The position numbers and the translations under genes are program-made. From a virus: DNA of 64,000 bases. The DNA lies in the IMG/VR virus record IMGVR_UViG_3300009365_003824, positions 41,942 through 105,941 of that record; one strand, written 5' to 3'. Shown piece after piece: positions 48,370 to 57,962 of the stretch (position 1 is the first letter of the stretch; the number at the start of each line of letters is the position of its first letter). A model generated the notes under the pieces. That model ran no database searches, was not told the DNA's origin, and was given only the letters and a program-made list of their open reading frames with translations.

Positions 48370-48689
48370 TAAAATAAATTGCCTTGAACAAATTTAGGGG
48401 CGGGAGGAGCTTCTGGTTGTTCTGCGGGTGGGGGCGATCCTGCTGGTTCGGGTTCATCTCTTGGTCCTTCAAGTAAATACGTGCCACTCATTTTTCTCAT
48501 TTTGGCAAGTGCTCTACCAGGAGCACGTTCCGCCCATGCCCTGAATCTGTGATTTGCGTATGTAAAAGCAGCATCAGTGGCGTAGACGTATCTTTCTCCA
48601 CGGATATAAACTGTCACCCGACCATCACTAGACCATGATGCAAAGACTATTGGTGCCCGCGCCTCTAAAAACTGCTTGAATGTTCGCAT
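48369..48689 (-). CDS. Putative internal head protein
   Basis: Begins MRTFKQFLEA. Confidence 0.6.
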   Translation of the reverse strand: MRTFKQFLEARAPIVFASWSSDGRVTVYIRGERYVYATDAAFTYANHRFRAWAERAPGRALAKMRKMSGTYLLEGPRDEPEPAGSPPPAEQPEAPPAPKFVQGNLF

Positions 48690-48908
48690 TTATTTCTTCA
48701 ACAACCTCAATAGTCGCTTTAACAACCTGTTGTTTTCTTTCAATAATTTGTTGTGTTCTTCTAGTAGCTCTAATAATTCTGATTTAAGATTTGGCATTTT
48801 AAATTCAGTTTCGGTTGGCTTTGCTGATTCCATTTTTGTAGATTCTAAGAGTTCTAAAGGTGATTTTAATTGCTTCAATGGCGATTGTGTTATATTTGTT
48901 ATATTCAT
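48690..48908 (-). CDS. Small coiled-coil protein
   Basis: Leucine-zipper-like C-terminus. Confidence 0.5.
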   Translation of the reverse strand: MNITNITQSPLKQLKSPLELLESTKMESAKPTETEFKMPNLKSELLELLEEHNKLLKENNRLLKRLLRLLKK

Positions 48909-50368
48909 GCAGTATATATCAAACCACACAAAACTTCTGACTCCGTAATTTCTAATTTATCACGACATGCCTGCCGTATTGCTTTATACTGATTTACTTC
49001 TTTTGGTGGTTCTGAGAAAGATGGAGTTTGTCCACTGAAAAAACTGTCAAGAATTTCAGGGATGCGTTCCTGATCCCAAAAAGGAATATAAAGGATAGGA
49101 ATATTACGTTGTTTTAGATATTTAAGTTTGCGGTGGTCACGTTTGATATATGAATAAAGGTTTTTGTACTTGGTGTTGTGCTTGCCACCAAAATAAACAG
49201 GAATGTAATGCGGTTCTCCTTGATACTCAATCAATCCTTTTTCGGTAGCAAAATCAAATCGTAAATTTCCAATTGAAGATTTTTTAAATCTGAATTGTGG
49301 TTTGAATATGATTTGGTTTTGTTCAAGGTATTCATAAATTATTTTTTCATTTCGAGATGTTTTACATTTATGACACCTCTTACCTTGTTTAAAATTACTA
49401 AAACGAATCTCTGATTTATTGCCGCACTTACAAATATAAGGCATAGATGTATTATTGCCAATATACTCCGTAGCAAGTAGTTTACACCCCCCATCAGCAA
49501 AATATTGTTTGACATATTCAAAGGAATGTTTCAATGATTTTGCTATTTTATTATTACCACAATTCCTGCACCTATGACCTACCTTAAAACTACCAAAACT
49601 AATTTTTGATTCATTACCACATTCACAAATATAAGGCATTGGAGCATCTTTGCCAGTATATTCTGTGGCAAGTAATTTACATCCATGATCCTCAAAATAT
49701 TGTTTGACACACTCAAAGGAATGTTTATTTAATTGGCTTAGCCTCCTATTGCTGCATTTTTTACACCTTTGACCTTGTTGCAAATTATAGAATCTAATTT
49801 TTGATTCATTACCACATTCACAAATATAAGGCATGGAAGTACCACTGTTTTTATATTCCGTAGCAAGAAGTGTACATCCACGATCTTCAAAGTATTTTTT
49901 TACATATTCAAGGGAGTGTTTTTGTGATTTGACCATCTTTTTAGTGCCGCACTCTCTGCACCTATGACCTGCCTTAAAATTACTAAAACGAATTTTTGAT
50001 TCATTACCACACTCACAAATATAAGGCATTGGTGTACTCGTGTCGATATATTCGTGTTTCTCAACAAGAAGTGTACACCCTTGGTTTATGAAATGTTGTC
50101 TCATTTCTTCAAAAGATGTTCTGCGTGCAAGACCACTCTTTTCAATTCCACAGAGTTTACACCTTTTCCCATGTTGAAAATTGTTGAAATTGATTTCTGA
50201 TTTATTGCCACATTCACAAATGTAAGGCATTGAAACATTAGCATTAATATATTCCACAGCAAGAAGTTCACATCCATGATTCTCAAAATATTTTTTTACA
50301 TATTCAAAAGTTAATTTTTTCAAAATCCACACTTGCCTCACTATATAAATTATGGTAAAATACGCCAA
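48905..50368 (-). CDS. Putative homing endonuclease: 5 Zn-ribbon repeats plus Vsr/DUF559-like nuclease
   Basis: 5 copies of YF..xGC.LL..EY......MPYIC.CGN......GxRCxxC; C-terminal RFDF...IEYQGEPHY...RD..K. Confidence 0.75.
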   Translation of the reverse strand: MAYFTIIYIVRQVWILKKLTFEYVKKYFENHGCELLAVEYINANVSMPYICECGNKSEINFNNFQHGKRCKLCGIEKSGLARRTSFEEMRQHFINQGCTLLVEKHEYIDTSTPMPYICECGNESKIRFSNFKAGHRCRECGTKKMVKSQKHSLEYVKKYFEDRGCTLLATEYKNSGTSMPYICECGNESKIRFYNLQQGQRCKKCSNRRLSQLNKHSFECVKQYFEDHGCKLLATEYTGKDAPMPYICECGNESKISFGSFKVGHRCRNCGNNKIAKSLKHSFEYVKQYFADGGCKLLATEYIGNNTSMPYICKCGNKSEIRFSNFKQGKRCHKCKTSRNEKIIYEYLEQNQIIFKPQFRFKKSSIGNLRFDFATEKGLIEYQGEPHYIPVYFGGKHNTKYKNLYSYIKRDHRKLKYLKQRNIPILYIPFWDQERIPEILDSFFSGQTPSFSEPPKEVNQYKAIRQACRDKLEITESEVLCGLIYTA

Positions 50369-50382
50369 AAGGAGAAATTACC

Positions 50383-51543
50383 ATGTATTTACAAGAACTG
50401 AACGGTATTCTACCCGCTCAAAAAGTAAAAATCAAGTATGACTGCAATGGTGGATTTGAACGTTGTGGTCAAGAGTGGGAGCTTAAATTAAAGGATGCTC
50501 AAAAGAATTTTAAGAAGAATGAAGGAAAACACATTTGTCGAAAGTGTACGCTACGACAAAAAAATCCGATGTTCGACAAAAAGAACGTTGAAAAGATCAA
50601 AAAGACTAATTTAGAAAGGTATGGAACTGAACACCCGCTAAATTCTGAAGAACACATCCAAGAACGCCGGGAACAACTCAAAGATCCAGAATTCAAGAAG
50701 AAATGGTTGGCAAAACACCGGCAAACATCACTTGAGAAGTATGGTGTCGAACACCATATGAAGAGTGAAGTCTCAAAAGAAAATCAAAGAAAATCAATGA
50801 GAGAGAAGTATGGTGTAGATTACCCATATCAATCCGAAGAGATTATGGCCAAAATGAAAAAACGTAATTTGGAAAAGTATGGAGTAGAAAATGCAGCATC
50901 TCGACCAGAAGTTCAAATTAAAATGGCAAAGACGAGATTAGAAAAATATGGAGTAGAGCATTATAATCAATTACCAGAAATGAGAGAATATTTAAGAGAA
51001 CACTGTACAGAATGGCTGGCTGAAAGTTATAAAAATCCGTGGGCCAAAGGAATTACGAGGCCAGAGGAATGGAATCAGAAACAGAGGGAAACGGTTGCTA
51101 AACTTATTACCGAAGGCAATTGGCCAGGAGGATTTGTGTCTAATTGTCGAGGAAGATATAAAGCAAAAAAATGTAAAAAAGAAAACCCTCGGTTTCTATC
51201 TGGTTTAGAATTGCAAATGCACTTTTTTTTAGACAATCATCCAGATGTAGAATGGTATAATTATGAGTCTTTTGCTATTCCCTATTTAGATCAAGATGGC
51301 AAACAGCATCTATACTTTCCTGACTTTTTAGTTAAATATAAAAATGATCCATTAGAACACATTATTGAGACTAAAACATGGAAAGATAAGGATTCAATTA
51401 CTGTGAAGTTAAAACATGACGCAGCAGTTGATTATGCAAATGAACGGAGCATGACATATACAATTTTATTTGATGAAGATGTGCAAGAATTGGGAATAGA
51501 TTTAGAAAGTGTTAAAAATTTACCAGTAGTTGAATTATATTAA
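50383..51543 (+). CDS. Putative homing endonuclease: EKYGVE repeats plus TnsA-N-like nuclease
   Basis: 5 copies of (L/R)E(K/R)YG(V/T)(E/D); SGLE...YE...IPY...YFPDFLV...IIETK. Confidence 0.75.
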   Translation: MYLQELNGILPAQKVKIKYDCNGGFERCGQEWELKLKDAQKNFKKNEGKHICRKCTLRQKNPMFDKKNVEKIKKTNLERYGTEHPLNSEEHIQERREQLKDPEFKKKWLAKHRQTSLEKYGVEHHMKSEVSKENQRKSMREKYGVDYPYQSEEIMAKMKKRNLEKYGVENAASRPEVQIKMAKTRLEKYGVEHYNQLPEMREYLREHCTEWLAESYKNPWAKGITRPEEWNQKQRETVAKLITEGNWPGGFVSNCRGRYKAKKCKKENPRFLSGLELQMHFFLDNHPDVEWYNYESFAIPYLDQDGKQHLYFPDFLVKYKNDPLEHIIETKTWKDKDSITVKLKHDAAVDYANERSMTYTILFDEDVQELGIDLESVKNLPVVELY

Positions 51544-51575
51544 AAAAAGAACCCCAGCATTTTGCTGAGGTTCTT
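51543..51575. terminator. Terminator downstream of the major capsid gene
   Basis: A-run then aagaaccccagc-atttt-gctgaggttctt. Confidence 0.75.
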
Positions 51576-51616
51576 ATTATTTATCGTCGTAAGTCCTTGT
51601 CTAGCAAGGAGTTCCG

Positions 51617-53092
51617 TCAAATCACAAAATTGGCAATCGAGAGGCGTGCGTAGAATTTAGCACCTTCTCTCAAAAGTTTTTTACCATATCTCGTTAAAAT
51701 ACCTTTTCTTGGGCAAAAATTCTCTGGGTCCAGAACCACTGGGGTCTGTGTCAGGGGGACGTATGGTAGGTAAAAATACCCAGCATCCATATAACTGTCG
51801 CCCTTGTAACCCATTAAAATCTGCCCTTGCGGGAAGAGCGGATCTTTGTATAATCTCCAGCGAGAATTTACTGTTCCGACGTATTGAATACCCAAGGAAC
51901 TTGTGAATGTCTCGGAAGGAGCGGGTGCGAAACCAGCAGTTGCGGTTTCAAAAATGGAGGCTACTTCAGGAGAAGTTACCAACCAGTTGCAACCACCACG
52001 CAGAGTTTTACGGTGAACAACATTTGAAACTTCTACGACCTTGACATACAAGGATTCGTATTTTTCTTTAATTGTGTCACCAAGCGCGGTATTGAAATCC
52101 CAGGAGGAAATTGTGCCAGCGTTGTTTCTCAGGTCAGTGAGAACTTCACGGTCGATTTCCAAGTTAATTTCCTGAGCCAAGATAGCAGTTAATTCTGCTT
52201 CGGCGTCAAGATTGTGCTGAGATCGCAGGTCTTGCTGAGCTTCGTAGCTCCAAACGGCCTTCAATTTACGAGTCTTGGCTGCAACTTCTTCGGATTCGAT
52301 AACCATGTTGATCTCAGGAAGATCAGGGTTACATTCCATGTTGTACTCATAATTTACAAGCACATAGTTTTCGCCAGGACCAGCCCCGCCACCACCAGTG
52401 TCAGACCACTGGACAACAACTTCACCCGTTGTAAGGTCCATTGAGGAACCTGTAGCAACTGGGGTATAGTCGGGGGAGCCAATTGTTGTAAATGTAAACG
52501 CACCATTTTCACCAACACCAAAAGTAGCGACTGCGGTTGTGCCATCAAAGACGGTACCTGTCATGCTACCAGCGAGGATTGGGGTGTGTTCAAGCGGAGC
52601 ATAAACACTAACCATATCCAAGCCATCATCCTGAGAGCTAGTCTCGTTCTGGATGAACTGGTGGGAGTAGTAAATATCCAAGTTTGCATCACCAGATGCC
52701 AACTGTTGGAGGGTGTTTACATCGTCATCTGGATAGCCAGCGTTATTATCAGCACCACGGGTGGCACCTTTATTGCTGGAGTATCTAAATCTCAGGTAGT
52801 AAACCAAACCAGTTGGGCCAAGTAGCGGTTGAACGGAAACAATTTTATTTGCGATCAACTGCGGATAAATTCTACGGACCAACGGAATAGAAATTCTTTT
52901 GAACTGGGCGATGTCGCCAGTATCAGTAGAGACTTCGTTGAACAATCTCTGGTTTTCCAGAAGAACAGCAGTGCAAGAGCGGGTATAGTCATCATCTAAA
53001 TCGCCTTTGACGCTCTTCAGCAAACCTGTTTTGTTCCAGAAGCCTTCGCATTCTTTTGCTTCGTTAAGAAGCCTTGAATTGCCACTAAACAT
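51617..53092 (-). CDS. Major capsid protein, T4 gp23-like
   Basis: VSVQPLLGPTGLVYYLR, KTRKLKAVWSYEAQQDLRSQHNLDAEAELT.ILAQEINLEIDRE, YLPYVPL, TRYG. Confidence 0.97.
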   Translation of the reverse strand: MFSGNSRLLNEAKECEGFWNKTGLLKSVKGDLDDDYTRSCTAVLLENQRLFNEVSTDTGDIAQFKRISIPLVRRIYPQLIANKIVSVQPLLGPTGLVYYLRFRYSSNKGATRGADNNAGYPDDDVNTLQQLASGDANLDIYYSHQFIQNETSSQDDGLDMVSVYAPLEHTPILAGSMTGTVFDGTTAVATFGVGENGAFTFTTIGSPDYTPVATGSSMDLTTGEVVVQWSDTGGGGAGPGENYVLVNYEYNMECNPDLPEINMVIESEEVAAKTRKLKAVWSYEAQQDLRSQHNLDAEAELTAILAQEINLEIDREVLTDLRNNAGTISSWDFNTALGDTIKEKYESLYVKVVEVSNVVHRKTLRGGCNWLVTSPEVASIFETATAGFAPAPSETFTSSLGIQYVGTVNSRWRLYKDPLFPQGQILMGYKGDSYMDAGYFYLPYVPLTQTPVVLDPENFCPRKGILTRYGKKLLREGAKFYARLSIANFVI

Positions 53093-53124
53093 ATTTAATA
53101 TCTCACTTATTTGCTAAGAAGAAA

Positions 53125-54039
53125 TCATTTACTAATGCCAGCCAACTTTTGGGCAAGCTCTAGATCCATGTCAAAGTCTTCATTTAATTTTTGTTGATCA
53201 TCTTCGTTTACGGCAGGTACTTCCGGTTCTCCACCTTCGCTGATAATCTTTTCGTCGTTTTCAAGAACGACCTGTCCTCTCCCCGTTGCATTCGCTGCCT
53301 GTTCAACTCTTTCTTTCTGTTCATTTAGCGTACGTGTATCCCGAAGGAGTCCCGCCGCCTCATTTAACTGTGATTGCATCTTGGTGTTTTCAGTTGAAAG
53401 GCGAATATTTCGACCTTCCATCATCTTCACCTGTGCTTTAAGTTTCTCAGCCTCAGACTGAGATTCTTCTAACTTTTTGCCAGTGGCAAATTGTATGTCT
53501 TCCTCAGATAAGTAATCTGATGTTAAATCTACAATCTTATCGAGAACAACTTTATGCTCGGCCATCAACGGATCGTTGGTAGCGTCTCTGTATGCTTGTT
53601 CGTAAATTTCTCGACCCTTAAGTTGCAGGAATTGATCAACTTTCTCTACGATATAAGTCTTCATATCGTTGAGTTTGCTTTCATATTCCTCATACATTGT
53701 GGATTCTATATCACTGTTTTTACCGCGTTCTTCGAGAATCATCTTGTAGGCTTCTTCATATTGTTCCTCAAGCATACCCTCGAATTCTTCGCGCATAGCT
53801 TCTTGTCTGTTTTGTTGTTCTTGAATGACTGCCCAAGCCTCACGGTAGCCTTCTTCAGCTACTTTTTCAGCTTCAGCAAGTTCTTTCGACAACTGCGTAT
53901 ATGCCTCATCCAAGTTCTTCTGGTATTCTGCCTCAAGTTCTTTTTTGGACTCATCTAGCATTTCTTGGACAGCAGAAGCTACGTCCTTTACTTGATCTTC
54001 CGGTAGAACTTTTTTAAGAGCTTCTTGTATCTTATCCAT
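53125..54039 (-). CDS. Prohead core scaffold protein, gp22-like
   Basis: Acidic coiled coil between protease and MCP. Confidence 0.8.
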   Translation of the reverse strand: MDKIQEALKKVLPEDQVKDVASAVQEMLDESKKELEAEYQKNLDEAYTQLSKELAEAEKVAEEGYREAWAVIQEQQNRQEAMREEFEGMLEEQYEEAYKMILEERGKNSDIESTMYEEYESKLNDMKTYIVEKVDQFLQLKGREIYEQAYRDATNDPLMAEHKVVLDKIVDLTSDYLSEEDIQFATGKKLEESQSEAEKLKAQVKMMEGRNIRLSTENTKMQSQLNEAAGLLRDTRTLNEQKERVEQAANATGRGQVVLENDEKIISEGGEPEVPAVNEDDQQKLNEDFDMDLELAQKLAGISK

Positions 54040-54766
54040 CGAATAACCTCGCTTTAAGTTCGGAAGTTTTGTCTTTAATAACGCCACCTAGAACGGCTAC
54101 TAACATATTACTGTTATGTATGCTCGTAGCCTCATTTTTGGCAGTGTTATTATCATAATTTTGTGGCTGGACGGCTTCACGTTTAGGGCCGTTAGTCACT
54201 CGTTGCTGAAACGCGGCATAGGTTGACGGGTCTGCTACAGCATCAAAAGTGATTAATTTATAGCTTTCACCGATAACGAGAATACCTTCCTCGTTGACTT
54301 TGCCGTTTCCAACGCCTCTTGAACTGATACCTACTCTGATACCATCTTCGATGAGACTTTTTAACACTTTACCGCATGGTGTATTCAGGATTAATCCTTC
54401 ACCCATGAGGTTGTTATTGTCCCACCACAAATTAGTAATGGCATGAGCAGCATCTTTAAAGTGAATAATACTATCAGTTGGGTGATCTAACTCGCCAACC
54501 AAACCTTTAGATTTCACCGTCTCATTAAGCCTTTTGATGTTCTCATCCAACACACTAAAAGGGTACATTCGCTTGTTTTTGTTGACCGCCTCGGCTTCTT
54601 GGAATTTACCTTTAAACGTCAGTAAACTCTTTCCGCCTGATGAGGAGGTGGCCTCATTTAACTCACATTCGTTGAGCAAGAAGCCGACATTTTCGACAAG
54701 AAGTGCATCTTTGTACTCCATGCCTGGAACGGAGTCATGCTCAACTAATAGTTGAAAATCGTTCAT
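54032..54766 (-). CDS. Prohead protease, T4 gp21-like
   Basis: NKNKRMYP, GELDHP, GISSRGVG, FDAVADPS. Confidence 0.95.
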   Translation of the reverse strand: MNDFQLLVEHDSVPGMEYKDALLVENVGFLLNECELNEATSSSGGKSLLTFKGKFQEAEAVNKNKRMYPFSVLDENIKRLNETVKSKGLVGELDHPTDSIIHFKDAAHAITNLWWDNNNLMGEGLILNTPCGKVLKSLIEDGIRVGISSRGVGNGKVNEEGILVIGESYKLITFDAVADPSTYAAFQQRVTNGPKREAVQPQNYDNNTAKNEATSIHNSNMLVAVLGGVIKDKTSELKARLFDG

Positions 54767-54777
54767 AAACCGCTCCT

Positions 54778-56592
54778 TTATTTGTCGATTACTAAATCTT
54801 GCTCTTTACCTTTATTCATCTTATATGTTTCAGGCGTTTCCGCTTGTGGAACATACGGATTTTGCAGGCTCGGCCAAGTATCAGAATTCTGAACTTGGGT
54901 CAAACCAGAATCGGAAGTCTTATCAACACCCGGCTCACCCTTCATGGTGAAGTCACCATAAGGTTGTGGAACATAAGGGTTATTCAAGGATGGGAATGTA
55001 TCGGGTCCACCGACATTAGCCCAAGACTTGCTTCGCATTTGGTCAGCAAGACCACCTTTATAATTCTTACCATCACTTACCGGAGCCACGTCGCCCCAAT
55101 CACCTGAGAAATCGCCCTTTGGTGAGTAACCAGTTGCAGCATTTTGTGCCATTCTTGGGTGATCTCCACTTACGGTTTGATGCGTGCTGTTTGAAGGAGA
55201 CCAAGGCTTGGTTTCAAGATTAGTTTCAATTAAAACTTGAACCCATTCTGCGATTTCCTCAGCCAATGCAATATCAGGTGTCATTTGGCCTTCGCAAATA
55301 GCGTGTAGGTCTCGCATGAAACCTTCAGCCTGTTCACCAACGACTTCATCGCCACTACGTCGTGCAGTTTGATAAATCTCGCCAACAGCAGTATAAAGAT
55401 CATAAAATGCTTGCATTTCAAGAGATGTGGCTTCATCAATGTAAGGATAGAAACCTTCGACTGTCTCTTGGAAACAATCAAAACCATCACACTCTGGGTT
55501 CTTAGCGATTTTAAGAATCTTCTCTACTTTGTCCTTATGAACATCAAAGGCGGTCCTAAGAATACCTTCGGCCATAAAAGTGCAAACCTGATCGTCATAA
55601 TTCTTGACGTTTGCGGATTCTAATGCTTCACCAAGCATTGCTGAAAGTTCACTTTGAGACAAGTAAATTACACTCGGCCATTGAGTTACAATGTTTTCCA
55701 GCGTCTCTTGTAGAGCGTTGGAATCATTAAAAGCATTTTGTCTCTTTAAGTGAGCAACTGCGGAGCAGAATTCTGTGTTTTCGCCTAGACTCTTGCTGGC
55801 TGCACGATGATAGGTTAATTCGTGGGTAAGTGTGTTATACTTAAGTTTTAGAATTTTACCTTCATTTCTGACTGATGTTCTGGGAATACGAAGTGCTGAT
55901 ACATTACCGCCGTCATCATAACGAGCATTACACTCATCAAGAGTTGGTCCCAAATGTCGGTAATCGACATAACGAAGGACGTTTTCACTGATGCCCATTA
56001 AAGCATTAGCTGTGTCCTCTTTGACCACGGCTCGATAGCCCTTTGGAAGTTTGTGGCTTTTATTCCACCTTTTAAGGACTGCACCACGTCGTTTTCTCTC
56101 AGGACGATTTTTTCGTCTGTTCGCCGTCCTGTGACCTTTCTTAGAGCGAGACGCTTGACCGGGGCGATGTCGTCCAGGTCTAACTCTCACTTTCATCACC
56201 TTCATTTCATTGAAGGTTCTTCGCACGAAAGGCAGATCAATATATTCTTCAAATATAGCATTTGCCTTTTCTTCTTCGCCTTCTAACAACTCATCAACCA
56301 TTTTCCCAAGGATACCCTTGGCATTGTCTCTTTCTTGGGATTCATCCACCACCAACTCTTCAATATTTTCAAGAGTTAGAGCTTCTTTATCCATTTGATA
56401 AGTTGCGTGAACGTATGTTTCATCTTGTGTTTCGTAGAGAACAGTCGAGTCGCTTAGACAGTGCATCTTTACATCTTTGCCTAGAGCGTGAGAAACGACA
56501 TCCTCAGCCTCAGCAAGTTCATATTCCGCAGTTGTCAGCGAACCCTGTTCCAGTTTGTTAAACACGTCAAAATCAATTAATTTGCGCTTCAT
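54778..56592 (-). CDS. Unknown head-module protein (putative prohead core)
   Basis: Position between portal and protease; acidic with an Arg-rich insert. Confidence 0.6.
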   Translation of the reverse strand: MKRKLIDFDVFNKLEQGSLTTAEYELAEAEDVVSHALGKDVKMHCLSDSTVLYETQDETYVHATYQMDKEALTLENIEELVVDESQERDNAKGILGKMVDELLEGEEEKANAIFEEYIDLPFVRRTFNEMKVMKVRVRPGRHRPGQASRSKKGHRTANRRKNRPERKRRGAVLKRWNKSHKLPKGYRAVVKEDTANALMGISENVLRYVDYRHLGPTLDECNARYDDGGNVSALRIPRTSVRNEGKILKLKYNTLTHELTYHRAASKSLGENTEFCSAVAHLKRQNAFNDSNALQETLENIVTQWPSVIYLSQSELSAMLGEALESANVKNYDDQVCTFMAEGILRTAFDVHKDKVEKILKIAKNPECDGFDCFQETVEGFYPYIDEATSLEMQAFYDLYTAVGEIYQTARRSGDEVVGEQAEGFMRDLHAICEGQMTPDIALAEEIAEWVQVLIETNLETKPWSPSNSTHQTVSGDHPRMAQNAATGYSPKGDFSGDWGDVAPVSDGKNYKGGLADQMRSKSWANVGGPDTFPSLNNPYVPQPYGDFTMKGEPGVDKTSDSGLTQVQNSDTWPSLQNPYVPQAETPETYKMNKGKEQDLVIDK

Positions 56593-56738
56593 AATTATTT
56601 GACTCCTTAAGCCGATGTAATTTGCTCGCTTGTTCTGTATATATTAGGGTGGCTATTATTTTTGGGCTAAACATTGAAAATAGCGCCACACTTTGGATAC
56701 ATAGCCCATAGTCTATAGTTATCCTCATAGGACCAAAA

Positions 56739-57077
56739 ATGAGAACATTTAAAGAGTTTACAGACGCTAAAGACCAGGCATCAACAGAGATTACACCCCC
56801 AGAAGGTGAAGATAATACCGCAAATGATGCAATGCATCACCTGGACAGAGCAATTAAAAAAGCTGTCCAAATTGATCCAATAAAATTAGCAAGTCTTATC
56901 GAACGAGAGTTCCACGATCAAGAAATTGAAGACGCTATAATGCAATTTAAAAATAACAAAGGATCTATTAAGAGGCCCCGTGATGACGGATTAGGGGATT
57001 TAGGTGATGATTCAGTCAAATTTGGGAATGAACACCCAGATGCATCATCTTCAGGTATGGAGGATGGTGGGGAATAA
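56739..57077 (+). CDS. Putative internal head protein
   Basis: Begins MRTFKEFTDA. Confidence 0.55.
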   Translation: MRTFKEFTDAKDQASTEITPPEGEDNTANDAMHHLDRAIKKAVQIDPIKLASLIEREFHDQEIEDAIMQFKNNKGSIKRPRDDGLGDLGDDSVKFGNEHPDASSSGMEDGGE

Positions 57078-57962
57078 TCAGAAGGGCACTTCGTCGTGGT
57101 CTTCTTGCGCACGTCTTGCTGCCGAAGCGGCCTTTTTGGCTTTGCGCCAAGGTCGCTTTTTAGTTGGCATTTTTCCGCCTACAAGCGTGGGTTCTGGTGG
57201 CTCATAATCTCCCCATCTATCTGTTTCTGAATCCAACATTGCTTGATAATCTGAATATGGGTTACTGCCTTCCCAAACAGGATCAATTAAAACCAAATCC
57301 CCATTATTTCTTTTCATAATATTTTCAGGATGCATGTCTAAAGCACACTCTTTTACACCTTGACACACTAAAGCAAGCCCCTCATAAAGAGTTTTTATCT
57401 TGGGGTTTCTCTTGAATACATCAAATAAATCCTGATACCTTTTTACCTTAACAGTTTGTGGCTGTGCCCCATTTCTTCTTTCTTTAAAACTGGGACGAAT
57501 CACCTGTTCAACTTCAGCATCTCCCACGCCTCTTTTTACAGCGTCAACATATGAAAGACCCTCTGGATACCAGTCTATGATGATTTTTGCCAATTGTGCA
57601 TCAACTGGTTGTAGCAACTCTATTCTGGCGATGTAAGTTGTTGCTTCCTCTGGTGTTCGTTTATAAAATGGAACAACTTTTTGAGGCGGGCCAAAGAGTT
57701 TCGGGAATGCAGAGTGAGATGTCTTGTAAGCAAATCTTGCAAACCTTAAATAGTTCACATCATGGAACATCTTTAATACATACGGCCATCTAGGGTGGCT
57801 AAAAACAGAGGCGTGTCTACCACCGCCAGCGTATTCTCCACCACTTGCCTCAAATTCCTTCATTAATTGATCCCAGGTTTTGTTGCGATGTTCAGGATTT
57901 AACAAAAAATCTGAAACCGTATCAAAATCCTCTGTTATGAAGAATTCGGCAAATCCCTGCAT
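57078..57962 (-). CDS. Ser/Thr protein kinase, T7 gp0.7-like
   Basis: GGGRHASVFSHP...YVLK, IELL, LDMHPENIM...LVLIDP; begins MQGFAEFFITE. Confidence 0.8.
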   Translation of the reverse strand: MQGFAEFFITEDFDTVSDFLLNPEHRNKTWDQLMKEFEASGGEYAGGGRHASVFSHPRWPYVLKMFHDVNYLRFARFAYKTSHSAFPKLFGPPQKVVPFYKRTPEEATTYIARIELLQPVDAQLAKIIIDWYPEGLSYVDAVKRGVGDAEVEQVIRPSFKERRNGAQPQTVKVKRYQDLFDVFKRNPKIKTLYEGLALVCQGVKECALDMHPENIMKRNNGDLVLIDPVWEGSNPYSDYQAMLDSETDRWGDYEPPEPTLVGGKMPTKKRPWRKAKKAASAARRAQEDHDEVPF

